DNA from: Octopus vulgaris
Lineage: Eukaryota
Length of the DNA: 64,000 nucleotides
Assembly (NCBI GenBank): GCA_951406725.2
Contig: OX597817.1
Span: 125,054,001-125,118,000 of the forward strand
Direction: 5' to 3'
The notes under the pieces were generated by a model. The model was not told the DNA's origin. It made no database searches and was given only the letters and a program-made list of their open reading frames with translations. Below are positions 1 to 13,964 of this stretch, in pieces. Every line of letters begins with the position of its first letter. Position 1 is the first letter of the stretch. The translations under genes and the position numbers were made by a program.

Positions 1-870
1 TGTGTTCATAATGTAGGCTATAGTAAATGTATAAAGGGGTAAACCTATAATATTGTTATTAATAAAGAAAAGAAAGAACATGAAACGTTTTGTGTGAGAA
101 AAATTCAATCACACACAGACACACACACACATGCAGATACACACACACATACATACATACATACACACATATATACATATGTACATGTGTGTAAGAGCTT
201 CATATATCATATATAAATATGTGTATGTGCATATATATATATACCTGTGTGGGTATCCCTATATGCATATATTTATATATGTATGGTTTTATTAAGCAAG
301 TGTCTTTAGAGTAAAGTTGGATGCAGAAATGATCAAAATGATAGTATACACTTCGTGAGAAGACCAAAACTTGATAGAAAGCTTGCACTGTTTCAACAGC
401 AAAATCTTTCAATACAGTTCATAAAACTACAATTAATTTCAATGAATATCAATATTAATTTAAAACAAAATAGCCTCTGTTAGGCTCAATACTTGATTCA
501 TAAGCTTCTTTTTTATTGGTGGAGATAGCAAAAAATTCCTTAAGTTGCACAGGTTTGACTGATTGAAAGTAATGATAATCAAAACATTAGTTGATTTTTC
601 ACTTAGTTAATGCATGAGATATTTTATTAAATAAAAATATTTTTAAAATAATTTTTTTATATAATTGCAAAGGTCCAGCCTAAGAATTGCTGCTGGCCAG
701 ATCCAGCCTATGGGTCATATGTTTCTTTTAGTCTAATATTTCATTGATGTCATGTTTGTGAAACCAGTAAACTATTGAAGACCAAAGGACATAGCATAGA
801 AACGATGTAAACAAATACATATATTACAAGTGTATAATTATCTAAAAGAATATGTATAGGTATAGGTATA

Positions 871-1028
871 GGTGTAGCTGTGTGGTAAGAAGCTTGCTTT
901 CTAACCTCATGTTTCTGGGTTCAAGTCCCACTGCGTGCCACCTTGGGCAAGTGTCTTCTGCTATAGCCTTGGGCCAACTAAAGCCTTGTGAGTGGGTTTG
1001 GTAGACCGAAACTGAAAGAAGCCCATTG

Positions 1029-1069
<41 letters not shown>

Positions 1070-1300
1070 ATCTGTGTGCATATACCTTTGTGTCTGTGTT
1101 TGCACCCCTCTCCACCAACTAACAACTGGTGTTGTTGTGTTTACATCCCTTTAACTTAGCAGTTTGTCATAAAAGATTGATACAATAAGTACCAGGCTTA
1201 AAAGGTAGTCCTGCATTTGATTTGTTCAACCTAAAACCCTTCAAGGTGGTGCTCCAGCATGGCCGCAGTCTAATGACTGGAACAAGTAAAAGATAAAAGA
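871..1300 (+). mobile_element. tRNA-derived SINE family A (Octopus-type, CORE-like segment), full length
   Basis: A-box-like TAGCTGTGTGG, B-box GGTTCAAGTCC, CORE-like CCTTGGGCAAGT, internal (TA)/(TG) tract, 3' ...CCAGCATGGCCGCAGTC...ACAAGTAAAAGA tail; recurs many times in the window. Confidence 0.85.
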
Positions 1301-1304
1301 TATG

Positions 1305-1341
<37 letters not shown>

Positions 1342-1355
1342 ATATATATATATAT

Positions 1356-1620
1356 TGGCAAAAACGGTAAGATAACAAAAGAGACCTCAATATTATGTAA
1401 ATAGAGGAAATTTATCTATAAAATAATATGTTACAATTACTCAATAGTCAAGATAAAACTCTGAGTTTCAGATACCGAAGTGGAAATCCACAACACCATC
1501 TCTTTGGTTATCTGGCCATCTGAAAAAACGCTATGAAAAAATACCGTTATATAAAGGGAAATTACTGTGTTATAATTCTGCTACTTATATAAAATAAGAT
1601 TAAAATTTCATAGTAAACAT
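1356..1620 (-). mobile_element. PLE-type terminal-repeat unit with degenerate hammerhead motif (1452-1512)
   Basis: Minus strand GATAA-CCAAAGA-[stem II]-GAAA-CTCAGAG-TT-TTATC; tail abuts (TA)n; upstream boundary approximate. Confidence 0.6.
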
Positions 1621-2035
1621 GTCTAGTCATACGCTCACATGTGCGCTCGTGGACCCACGTGTGTACTTATACGTCACTATAAAAACGTACACATCTTCAC
1701 TCGCATTTTTCGCCAAATATATACGCATATATATACAAACTCATACACACACACATGCGTACCGTAAAAGTTCATACATATGTCTATATATGCACATACA
1801 CACATATCTATGATGATGATGATGTTATATTCCCCATTTTGTTTCCCAGTTTCCACTTGCCCAAAATATTGCAAAATGTGATCACAATGCCATGTTTATT
1901 AAGGAAACACAATCTTACACATTTTAGTCAGAAATATCGTGTATAAGTTCCATTAAATAGAGATCATAGGAAAGAAGTGGTGAGCACAAGATTTTCTGTC
2001 ACTACACGGAATAAAGCAAGCTATGAACTGCCACT

Positions 2036-2127
2036 CTTTTACTCCTTTACTTTTTTCAGTCATTTGACTGTGGCCATGCTGGAGCACTGCCTTTAGTCAA
2101 GCAAATCGACACCAGGACTTATTCTTT
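2036..2127 (-). mobile_element. SINE family A 3' fragment
   Basis: Matches reverse complement of family A tail (CAGTCATTTGACTGTGGCCATGCTGGAGCA). Confidence 0.75.
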
Positions 2128-2906
2128 TCTCGTGTTTAACTTTGTGACCTGAAATGAATAGCAAAATTTTTAAAACTCAAAATGTAAAACCTTATAGTGG
2201 TTTGAACTCAGAACTGTGGCTTAAAATGTAGATAAAGTAAATTAAATGCATCTAAAGAGATAGAAATCGTTTATATCCTCAGGTTTCAGTGGTGCAGAAA
2301 GAAAAAGTTAAGAATATTTTAGTATTTTATTTTAGGATATAAAGCAAAATAATAGTATGCCATTCAGTTCATCATGAAATATGGTTGTGGAGATATCTTG
2401 AACCTACAATAAAGGATTTAAACTGTTATCGTCAATTCAGTTTTATTCAAAACAGATCTTGATATGATTGAAGCCTTACATTTTTTTAAAGCAAATTAAT
2501 AAAATAAATGAAAGAAGTATTTTTTTATTTTATCAAACTGGATTCTTGGAAAATATAAATTTGGGAAAAAAAAATTGGAATTCATAAAAACAAATAAGAT
2601 ATGAATATTATGATAAAGACAGAAAAAAAAAATCCCTATCTCTCTCTCATTTAAATATAATCAATACTTGTTTACGATTGCTGACTAGCTGAGCTGAAAG
2701 AAAATCAGATTTTCTCATTGAATAATGAGCCTGTGTAATCTCTTATATAATTTTGCATCCCATTTTAAGGCTTGCAGAATAGCCGAAGACAAACAAAGAA
2801 TTTATTAATTCTGAAGCTACTGCTCATCTGATGATAGTATCGTCCAATTGGAATTCATAATCTCATTTTTTCATGAATGCATGGTTTCAAGCAACAAAAA
2901 CATTTG

Positions 2907-2951
<45 letters not shown>

Positions 2952-3496
2952 GTTTTTATATTAATCTTCAATATAATAGTAAATTTCCTGCAGTTTCTAT
3001 TTTAGGTTTTTTTTCTTTTTTAAATAAAGTTTTCATGTAAAGTTTTCCTTAAAAAAACCATATTATTATGTAAATTCAATTCCTCTGCATGCTGTTTGAG
3101 CAATCAAGGTAACAACAATTTCATGAACGACAAATTAACACTGTCTTCTTTATGCGTGGATCTGTATTATAAACTAAAAAGGGAATAAATTGTTGATGCA
3201 TGAAAACTGTGAAATTTAAGTAATCCTTCAGTAAACTACTAATGTAATTGCCAACAACTTCCTTCTTTGTAGTCAGCTATGAAAGCAGAAATCCTAAAAT
3301 GTAATTGAAATTATTGATTACTGTTTACCAAATAGATGGCTGAATTTGTTAGAGAAAAAATGTTTTCAGGGCTGAATCAACCCTAGTACATTACTGTTAT
3401 TTATGCATAATTTTCATCATTCTAATACACCTGTTAGAGATGAAAGACAGCTGATCCAGGTAAGATCATGTAGTTAGAGTAAAGAGTCAAAGTTAA

Positions 3497-3870
3497 ATCG
3501 AAGTCGGATGTAGAGGGTTTGTTGGACACAGTGTGAGACGACTGTTGTTATCGTTAGGCCTAACTCATCGTAAAGTCAATACCACCATGACCAATATCCA
3601 AACTACAGTGGAGAAGGCTAGCCACTGGATTTGGTTAAAAAGAGATGATGCGCGATGGCTAGAAGAATATCGAGCTTTATGTGATAACCAGCTGATCTAG
3701 CAAGTGGGGCCTCATATTAGTGAGGGGGGGCCAGTGTGCATTGATGCCGTCGAGAGGTAGGCCCCGAAACAGTGCGCATTCTCTCCTGATGACCCCATAC
3801 ACTTGCTGGCTTCTGGTATGCAGAGTTTTTGACTGGTAGCACTTGCATGTGCAAGTTGTTTGCAAGACAT
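3497..3870 (+). mobile_element. 5'-truncated HERO-like RLE non-LTR retrotransposon (C-terminus plus structured 3' UTR)
   Basis: Hand translation of 3497-3700: IEVGCRGFVGHSVRRLLLSLGL...VEKASHWIWLKRDDARW, the EVGCRGF / ASxWxWLKR C-terminal signature of HERO-type elements. Confidence 0.75.
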
Positions 3871-4745
3871 CTAAGGTACAAATATAATTCCTAATATAAT
3901 CATTCTACCAAATCATCACCTTAATCTAATTTTAGATATTGATATTTGTAATATCATACAAATGCTGAAAAATACTGACGAACGATGAATTTACTTAAAA
4001 AATATAATGTGTCATTTGTGGTATATACTCCATTGAAGTATTTGGACTAGGTTCTTAACTGAAAGCAACTTTATCCCTGCCATCCTACCAGTCACAGAAG
4101 CCCACATTTCGTCATAAAGCATCTTGAAACCTTACAGAAATTAAAGCTAAAATATAAGAAACAATATTTACTTTCATATGAAACTTATAGGTAAATATTT
4201 TTGTGAGAATTCCTTATTACTCAATCAATTATTTAGGCACAATTAAGATCATAAAGGAAGTAATTCAACCTAGCTGATCCCATAACTAAATCAAAATTAT
4301 GATCTCAATTCAGCACTGTAAGCTAATGAAATGTTCATCAGTTTTACAGTGCTCCCAGCTGCTATAAGCAATGAGCTGTAACAATTCACTTATGTATATT
4401 TATAGTGATATAAACAGATCCAATAGTATTGATCATGATGGAGTTCTGCTGTGTAGAAATGTCCCATAGCCCTCATTGTGTCATCAGGTCAACAGCAAAT
4501 CATCTTGGAAAAACTCATAATTTTCAGATCTCTTTAATGGCTAGCAGATGAATAAGAAACCAACATTCCTTCCTAGATAAATTACCAATTTCAAGGGAGT
4601 TGTTAAGCATGTACAGCAGCTAGATGAACTGAATAATTCACAGTTAAATGAAATTCAGTGAAATACCTATATACACATGGCTGATTATCTTCGGTGAATA
4701 CAAAGTCGATTCTGGCAGTATTTAGGTTCTGCATTTAAAACTAAG

Positions 4746-4942
4746 CTGTGAAACAAACACTGAAAGGTTTGACACTATAGCATTCTAGCTAACATATCAT
4801 CAAGCCATGTTATAAAATATAACTTTATGTTTAGAAGCCTCTTATTTGATCTGTTCTGTGAAACAAAACACTGAAAGTTTTGACACTATCATCAAACCAT
4901 GTTATAAAATATAACTTTATGCTTAGAAGTCTCTTATTTGAT
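4746..4942. repeat. Local tandem duplication (about 100 bp unit, second copy with internal deletion)
   Basis: CTGTGAAACAAACACTGAAAG...CTCTTATTTGAT at about 4746-4849 and 4856-4942. Confidence 0.85.
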
Positions 4943-5361
4943 GTTTTTGCAGGGAATGTAAGTTATAGCATGTTCTTCAATTTTTGATACTGAGAGATGA
5001 GGGTGATGATTTTAAAATTTTAGAAATTACAGAGAGTTTGTATATGGCCGCATGAAATTGCAGGAATCTCCTTGAAATTGTAGAATGCAAATTGGAAATA
5101 AGGACATATTAAATAATAAAGTCTAGGGTCAGTATGTCTAAAATATAACTGGAATTGGGAAAACTGATTTTGATCTTGGGCTAGAAAGCAACAACAACAA
5201 CTTGAACAATTAATGTTTAAGAATTATGTTAGTTAATGACACTAAATTATTGCTACTTAACACAAGGTCAGCTCTGACCAAGCAGACCTTTGATCAAAGG
5301 TTTTAGCAACGTTCATCTTATTACAGCTGGAAATACCCTCCCCAATATGTCCTTGACACTA

Positions 5362-5366
5362 AATGA

Positions 5367-5400
<34 letters not shown>

Positions 5401-5474
5401 GGTGGTGGTGGTGGTGGTGGTGATGATGAAGATGATGATGTTGATGTTGATGATGATGATAATGATGATGATGA
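5362..5474. repeat. Compound (GAT)n/(GGT)n microsatellite
   Basis: Seen directly. Confidence 0.95.
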
Positions 5475-5935
5475 TCTAATTTATTTTACTCTACTGCATA
5501 ATTAAGTGATGGCATTTTTTAAAGACATGATAATCTTCCTATGTTCTAACTATCAATAGACTTATCTGTTGGTGTCTTTGAAACATCTGCAGTGAGATTG
5601 TCCTGCAGGACCAAAGAGATTATCTAAACCATGGATTAGTTTAATTTTGTTGGAATGGCTACTCTGCTTTTAAGTATACACATGTCAGTGAAGTATCTTA
5701 GCTAATTCCCATGGTACCAGATCTCAAAGGCATGATGACAAACAATTCAGACAAGTGGTGATATCTGGTATGCAGTGCCTCTATAGCACCCACCAACCAA
5801 CTATTAAAAAAAATCAACTAACCAATGCCAGTATAGTAAAATATTTGTTAACTCAATGATGATAATGACAATACACAAGACATGACTAAATCACATCTTC
5901 TTCTAATTTCTAAGTTCTGTACAATATTGAACTGA

Positions 5936-5978
<43 letters not shown>

Positions 5979-7136
5979 GTCAGTTGTAGCAAACATAAGC
6001 ATACAATGCATCATACAATCTGTCTGGAGTGTACTATTTGTGCAAAATTTTACTTATAGCATTACTGAAGATTACTAGTTTTCAAAAAAGGGGAAAAATT
6101 AAGAGAAGAAAGAAAGAAAACATGCTACAGTTATTAAATCAATAACAGAAGATTCCTATGTAAGAATGGCAATTTTTCTGAAATCAACAGTTTGAGCATC
6201 TTGAAGTAGAGTGTTGTTGTTGCTGCTGCTGCTGATGATGGTGATGGTAATTGTGTTTAGAACGATAATTAGATGCTTATAGAATAGTTATTGGCAACCA
6301 ACAAGTTCCTTATGGTTATTTGTACTATTTACAATTATAATGGGTAACTAGGGCAGTGAGCCAGCGGAAATAGTAGAGATGAGGACTAATTACCATTTAT
6401 GGTATTAGCTGCTTTTCTATCTAAATTATATTTCTGATTTTAAACCCAACCCACTGCAGTTGACTTTAAATCTCATCTCTCTGAAGCAGATAATAATTTT
6501 ACAACTTATACACTGCGCCTAAGCAAAAGAGATAAACAGCTATAAATAACTAGCTCTTACAATAAACAAACCCACATAATTGCAGTCTTATAAAGTACTA
6601 TTAGGATTTAATAATACTGCTGTGTTTAACCGCTGTATTATGTATTACTAGTGTTGTGTTTAATCACTAGCTTTTGTAATCTACTGTTTATGCGCAAGCT
6701 TTATGTTATATACAACCTCTACGGTATGGAAAATCCTCTATAACTTGTAGAAATCGTTATTGAGTGAGATTTTTAAACTATTTAAGAACATGAAAATTTT
6801 ATTCACAGCTGAATATCTTACTAGTGAATAAAGTATTTTTTGACTGCTTACTTATTGACATAGTAATTGAATGAACCATAGATAAATTCATTGTTTTATT
6901 ATAGAAAACAACAGGATAGATGACTTTAAATGTTTCTTTTCTTAATAGTATAGAGAAGGAAGCAAAGTTCTCATGATGCTTTTCAGGTATTTCATAAAGG
7001 TTAAGGATTTATCATCACTCATCTATTTGCAAGTTATTATATTTATTTAGAGCTTACTTGCATTCATGTATAATACACACTGACTTTTCTTTAATATTAT
7101 GCTGGATAGAAAAAGATACTTTTGCTAGATTTACTG

Positions 7137-7359
7137 TATGAGGAGGTGCTGGAAAGTTCCTGGTTTTGGGTAAAAGAAAATACAGAAGGATCAGTTAATT
7201 ATGATTTTATTTAACATATTTTCCTCTCAGATTTACAAACTCATTGCAGCAGTCCTTCAGTTTTTCTAAACCCTGTAAAAGAACTCAGAATGTTAGGCCT
7301 CCAGCCAGGCCTGTTGTGATACTCTTGAAGTCCAGGAACTTTACTGCACCCACTCATTA
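7137..7359 (+). mobile_element. Mariner-type MITE (about 220 bp)
   Basis: TIRs TATGAGGAGGTGCTGGAAAGTTCCTGG / CCAGGAACTTTACTGCACCCACTCAT with TA flanks; three more copies in the window. Confidence 0.8.
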
Positions 7360-8473
7360 TTGCAGCTTAAAATTCATGCCTTCTAAAAGAAAAAAAAAAA
7401 GAAAAAAAAAAAGAAAAAAGACCAAATTCACAAGTTACCTATGAAATTTACTTATAGACTCTAAAAGTATATCTGTTTTAAAGCCAACTTTGTAGAGAGA
7501 AAAAAGAAATATTTTTGTAAAATGTTTTAGAAATCAGAATCTTACATCAAAAGGGTATTCAACATTTCCAGGAAATGAAAATACATTTTAAAAACTTACT
7601 TATCTGTCATGCCATCCCAAATATGGTGTTGGAATTGAATAAAAGACAATGTGCCCCAAATATTTAAGATGAAAAAAATCTACTGAGATTTTATATAAGA
7701 GTTCTGATGTTAATATATTTTCCATGGAATATTCGAGAGAGACTCAATAGTTTAAAATATTTGTTCAAAAGAAGAATCAAAATATAGCTGAAAGCATAGA
7801 GTAATAAAATTAATGCTTTAAAGTATAGAGTTTCATCTCCATTCATTATAAGTTCAAACTCTTCTATAGCCATTTTTGCCTCTCATTTGCCTTTGTTCTA
7901 ATAAAATAAAGCAAGTATAACCAGGAATGAGATTTCTCTTGTTAACATCTTTCTTGTAAATATGTGTCTTTGTGATTCTCTGAGAAGCCAATATTTCAAA
8001 ATATCAATAGTTATAGAGAAAATGAAGAAATATAATGACAGATAAAAATTTTATCAGATTTTAGTCAAACTATGAGGTTACATTTCTGCCGTTTAATAAA
8101 GAAATGAATTTGTTGTTGAATCGTTTTTTTCTGAATTATGAGGTTCACAGCACAGGTGATTATTAAATTTATGAAAACTAAATATCATCCTTGATAAGAT
8201 ATTGGCACATTGCAACTGGCTTTTATTGTGGAAGGAAGTGAACTTGGAACAGCTTGCTATATAATTAAATGTCAATTCTGTAGTGATGTTATTGCTTCTG
8301 GTGCCTCCATGATTATAGAACTGAAAGCTAGGTGGACTCAATCATTTGAGAGTTAATTGGTGTCTTGGTCATAAACATAAGGCATTGCTAACAATAGAAT
8401 AGAAAATCCTCAAATGTCTATATTGGTTGTTTAGGAGCTATGCTGTTCAGTTGTGGTAAATTAAATTGATTAT

Positions 8474-8698
8474 TTCTATTGATTTCAAATTTTAGCCCAA
8501 GGCCAGCAAGTTCAAGAAAAGGGTAAACTGATTACAACAACTCCAGTGCTCACCTGGTACTTATTTTATTGCCACCACCACCACCACCACCACCAAAGGA
8601 TGAAAGGTAAAGTCGACCTCGGTAGAATTTGAACTCAGCTGGTGAAATGCTGCTAAGCATTTTGCCCAGAGTGCTAACAATTCTACCAGTTCACCACC
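8474..8698 (-). mobile_element. tRNA-derived SINE family B
   Basis: Homologous to 52627-52864; 13-bp TSD TTAAATTGATTAT at 8461-8473 and 8699-8711. Confidence 0.8.
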
Positions 8699-8728
8699 TT
8701 AAATTGATTATCTATTTTAAAAGTTGTT

Positions 8729-8905
8729 GCTTAATAGCTTTTTGTCTGTCTTCACGCTCTGAATTTAAGTTCTGCCAAGGTCTACTTTGCCTTTAATCCA
8801 TTCGAGCTTGATGAAATAAGTACCAGTTATGTACTGGGGTCGATGAAATTGACTATCCCCCTCCCCAAAATTTCAGGCCTTGTGCCTAAAGTCAAAAGGA
8901 TTATA
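8729..8905 (+). mobile_element. SINE family B, 5'-truncated
   Basis: TAAGTACCAG...ACTGGGGTCGAT motif; 12-bp TSD TTAAAAGTTGTT at 8717-8728 and 8906-8917. Confidence 0.8.
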
Positions 8906-9064
8906 TTAAAAGTTGTTTTTCAGTTTCATGTTAGCTCTGACTGAACAGACTCAAATCAAAGTCATTCCAACTATAGTCTATTTCAGACTACATTATCTAA
9001 TATGCCTATTTTTCTACACACTACTTTAAATTGCATGCAGAAGTCCCTCTGTCAGTTGCAATCT

Positions 9065-9299
9065 TATTACTATACTGCCCACAAAAGGCTACACACAGAG
9101 GGGACAAACAAGGACAGACAAAGGGATTAAGTCGATTACATCGACCCCAGTGCTTAACTAGTACTTATTTAATCAACCCCGAAAGGATGAAAGGCAAAGT
9201 CGACCATGGCGGAATTTGATCTCAGAACATAGCGGCAGATAAAATACCGCTAAGCATTTTGCCCAGCATGCTAACGTTTCTGCCAGCTCGCCACCTTAA
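9065..9299 (-). mobile_element. SINE family B, full length
   Basis: Reverse complement of 52627-52864; 12-bp TSD CAGTTGCAATCT at 9053-9064 and 9300-9311. Confidence 0.88.
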
Positions 9300-9639
9300 C
9301 AGTTGCAATCTGTTAAACACCCTCCTATAACAATCTTATCCTTTATATGTACACTGAATAATGTTTGATAAAGCAGCAACAAAGAAATTTCAATTTCTGA
9401 AACCATATCAATGCATTCAAATATACTTTAATTAGGTGAATATATTGAGAACTAGCAAAACTAGAGCATAGCTTTATGCTCTGTATTTTGCCTTGTTTAG
9501 TGTTTGTATTTTCGTTTTCTATGTTTGTTTGTGTGTATTTCCGACTCTGATCCAGTAAGTTTCAATTTTATATAACTGTTCTCTTATTTGAGGATCTATA
9601 GTAAAAATTAGGTAGTGGGTGGTGATTTTCTTCACTACT

Positions 9640-9955
9640 TCAGGGAGTGACGACCCTGCCTGACTTGGGTCCCAAGCTCAGTTGGCTCCAGCTGACAATA
9701 CCTGGTATGGGCCCCTATCCAAGGGTTATGGAAACGAGACAACCTTCAAAGAAATCCGGAGTGGAGCTCCGTAGGTGGTTTAGTGTTCAACTCAACACTC
9801 TTCTGGCAGCTCCTGCAACCAAGTTGGTGCCAAATGTAAAGCTCTGCGGTTCTTCGGACTACATCAGCAAGGTCAAGAGAGGAATCCTGACGACTGGGCT
9901 ACCCAGGAATTTCTTACATCTAGCCCAGGCCTGCACAAAACTGGAGAGGACATGA
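9640..9955 (+). mobile_element. Probable 5' UTR fragment of an RTE-clade LINE
   Basis: GC-rich island; CTTCTGGCAGCTCCTGC..CCAAG.TGGTGCCAAA and GGACTACATCAGC...GCCCAGGC resemble RTE 5' UTRs as I recall them; not verified by search. Confidence 0.45.
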
Positions 9956-10802
9956 AACGTAAAAACCAGACTGGAATAGTTTATGTGCAACTCAATTGTC
10001 TCTCAAGACAAAAGAATGCCAACAATAGTAGAAATTTGGTACTTCTAAAAACTTGCAAAATGCAGTTGGTGGCTTATAAAATAAGAATATAACAACAAAA
10101 TTCTCTGTGTATTTCCCTAAAATTAGGGGATGAGCACAAAGAGCTTAAAACCACACACTCTGGTGGTCTTGTAGCTGGATGATGGTAAGGTTTCATTCCC
10201 CTGCTTGCAATGTAAAATTAGATTATATGATACGTGCATGCACTCAATTAACTTTTGTTTTTAAGGAATATTTCCAATCCATGCTTTTTCTGTTATAAAC
10301 AACCAAATGAACTGGTTATTTGAATTCTACAAATACATCTAGGTTTGCTAATTATTAATTACCAAATAAGATTATAACACTTTTTTCTTTTACTATGTCT
10401 CTTTCCTCACCTGTCTTTCCCACCTCCTACCTTTAAAAAAGGGTGAAAAAACACACCGAGAGTTCTTTTGTGGCAGATTTGCTATGAAAGGAATAATTTG
10501 CATCATTTCAACTGAGAAAGAAATAAAATCTTGTATCTCCATATGATGTAATGAATATTATTATTTTTTTTTTTTGTTTGTTATTCCATTCAGAAATGAC
10601 TAACAAATTAAAAAATACAACAACAACAACAACAACAGCAGCATCGACAATAAAATATTCCAATAAGATTGAACTTCCCACTGATAGCTTTGGGTCTATC
10701 ACCTTAATGATTAGGTTACAATGACATCAGTAAACACTCATATAATTGTATACTTAGAGAAAGCATTTCTTTCAAATGGATGTATATGTGTATAGGTGCA
10801 TA

Positions 10803-10858
<56 letters not shown>

Positions 10859-11270
10859 TACATATATGTGTGTGTGTGTGTGCCTATATATATAAATTAT
10901 ATGTGTAAACGTGTGTGTGTGTGTATTTTCTGCATTGATGAAGACAAGTTGATGTTAAATGATGCATAGGACGCATTTATTGTTAAGTTTGGAAGAACAT
11001 TTTGTCGGTAATTATTTAATTGTCATATTATATTTCTATGGGTTTTTCTCAGCCTTATCTTCCCATTCACTCATTATTAGTGTATATCATTATAGCTGCA
11101 CTATGCATCAGTTCACTAAGCTTCAATCAACCAACACTTGATTCTTCTTGCTAAAAAGAGATTGCAAACACAATAAGACAACTGCACATCAAATTATTGA
11201 TTTCCTTTTTCAGAGATATTTGGCTTTTATTTGAAATAGCTCATCAATCTAAAAATGTTGTCGTTATTGT

Positions 11271-11299
11271 TCATCATCATCATCATCAAAATAATAATG

Positions 11300-11353
<54 letters not shown>

Positions 11354-11611
11354 TTAATAATAATAATAATAATAATAAGAAGAAGAAGAAGAACAACAAC
11401 AACAACAACAAGACAAATAAGAAGAAAGAGAGAAAGAAGTTTTATCATTGTTTCTATCAGTACCAGAGTTATTTCAGTTGATGTTTGTTACTTCCGTTCT
11501 CACTCCTTTTTCCATTTTCATCATCATCTTCATCGTCATTGTCGTCGTCATCATCGTCATCGTCGTTGTCATCATAGTTGTCGTCATCTTCATCACCACC
11601 ACCACCACCAT

Positions 11612-11642
<31 letters not shown>

Positions 11643-11660
11643 GCTATTGCTGTTGCTATT
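11271..11660. repeat. Compound trinucleotide microsatellite block (CAT/AAT/AAG/AAC/CGT/CAC)
   Basis: Seen directly; source of the poly-I/N/H/D ORFs. Confidence 0.95.
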
Positions 11661-11828
11661 ATTTAAAAATAAATTTTTTATATCATTTATTTTTTTATCA
11701 TTAGTTGTATTTTTCATTCAAATGTTTTTATTGCCTTTTTATACATTTATTTACTTATTTATTCATCTTACACAGATTATTTCCCTTCTAACCTGGAGTT
11801 TTCTTAATTTATTTTGGTATCTATGTAT

Positions 11829-11916
<88 letters not shown>

Positions 11917-13910
11917 GTATATCTTCTTCGCATTTTCCATGACATATCGAGATTTTCAGAGCTAATGGGCTAAGGAGCCAATGCAAATGCAGAAATAATG
12001 GAAAACTGAAAGACTGCATTACTTTCGACAGAAAAAGTAAAAGTTTGGAAGCAAAAGCAGTCTCTTTTACTGAACTCTATAAACAATGCTGTGAATGAGA
12101 ATATGGAAACATAGTTAGTGATGTACGTTGTTAAGGATATTAAGTAAACTTTAGAATGTAAGGAATATTTCTAAAAATAATATGGTGGTGATGGGGATGC
12201 GGAAGAGACAGATGAAGTATGGCAACTTTTTAAGTATTTTTAATGGCTTAGTTAAGAGAAGTTAGAGTAAAACTAATATCCTTTTGCAGACTGTCTAAAC
12301 CTGGTTGAGGTGGAGTAGGTGCAGGAAGTAACTAGAAGTTATGTTTGTTGCACTATGAAGTACTGCAAAAAGATATCAAGCTCTCTTGAAATCAAGAGAA
12401 CTTCCCTGAGCTCCTGTCACAGAGTAAACTCTACTAAACATCTTTAAAGGGGAAGTGGTGTTGTTTAAGTCTAATCACTCAAGAACGAAAGCAGTCTATC
12501 AGACAATGGTCTTCACTGTATCTATCAATCAACCATCTACACCCCAGATTTTTGTTTTTTTCGTTTATCACTTACGCTCTGTAAAGTATTTGATGTTAGG
12601 AAGGGTTTCCAGCTGACATTGGAATCTGAGGCAGCTCTGCAGCTTCTTGTAGTCTGCAAAACCATCCAGTCTTTACCAGCATGAAAAATGAATGTTAAGT
12701 GATAACAGCTATGAAAGAGGGAAGGGCGGTTCCCATGACCCTATCAAGGGCCTCCAAGGTTTGCAGGAAGGAGGAAAGAATGTGACTTCAAATTGAAAAC
12801 TTACCTCAAATACTTGCCAGAAAGTAGACTTAGCTAAAATATACAAAAATGTAGAAGGAGATGGCAGATTAAGTCTACAAACCAAATTAAGTTTACAGTG
12901 AAATTGAACCAGGAATGATGGGATTGGAAAACAAACTTCATAACCACATGACAACGTCTGACATCATTTAGTTTGTAATGAAATGTCTATGATATTCAGA
13001 GGATCAATCAATATTAATTAGCATCATTTTAGGTAGAGGTAACTTTTTAAATCAACTAAAACGAATGTAGAAGGTAAAAGGTGGAGTGTTAAATTGGAAA
13101 ATATTAGGTCATATATAAACTTCCTAATATTTGAAATAAAAAGAAAATTCTGCATTGTGTGCTCATCTAAGCAAAAACATTTTAATTTTCAACTGAAAGC
13201 ATTTGCAGTCCAAAGAATTTACTGCAAGAAAGATCGCAACAAATGATAACGCACAGGATGTTAATAGGTGCAATGCAAATAAGGGCAGTGGAAAATGATG
13301 ATAAAAAAACATTGTCATACAGAGTACAATTTCTTTTTATGTTTAATTTTTTTCTTTCTTTTCTAATGAATATTTCATAGAATGCCAAAAGACGAAGCAG
13401 AAATGGGCTATTTGAATGAATACTTTTATTTCTATGCTACTATGAAGCATTAACATGAAAAAAAAAAAAACTTAATGATTTGAATAAATGTTGTCTTCAA
13501 GGTAAAGAATAACGATATCATTAATAAAAGTTTCTTATTTTTATTTTTTAATTTGATATCTAGAAACAACTTATAAAAGTTACTTCTTTGTAGCTTACTT
13601 CAAGCATTGTAACTGAAATAAATTTTTCATTTCATTATTAGGTCTAATCATGAAATGTTTTATTTTAAATTTCATTTTATATCCTGTTTAGGGTTTATTA
13701 AATCTGAAATACTGAATAAATTTATTTTTCTCTTTATTCATTACTGAGAGTGTTATTACACTTTTTAGCATAAACTTTGATATATACTGAGTATGTAACT
13801 TTGATATATATATTAAGTACTTCAGGCATTCATCGATACATACACACACATATGCATACACATACATAGATGAAAATACATATATCTATATATTGGCACA
13901 TATGTATATG

Positions 13911-13964
<54 letters not shown>

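Noticed and set aside
3749-3796. Canonical hammerhead in the HERO 3' UTR
   Set aside because: GAAA precedes CTGATGA and the would-be stem II strands are CCCC and CCCC, which cannot pair; kept only as an atypical structure
11197-11973. Long ORFs with poly-I/N/H/D, and YI/HT/VC-repeat ORFs here and elsewhere (13822-14117, 16647-17280, 25359-25716, 41419-41991, 47729-48143, 63640-63993)
   Set aside because: They are translations of microsatellites that lack stop codons; no domain content
11960-12098. Possible host terminal exon after TTTTCAG (ANGLRSQCKCRNNGKLKDC...KQCCE*)
   Set aside because: No recognisable homology, weak polypyrimidine tract and no partner exons; needs RNA-seq
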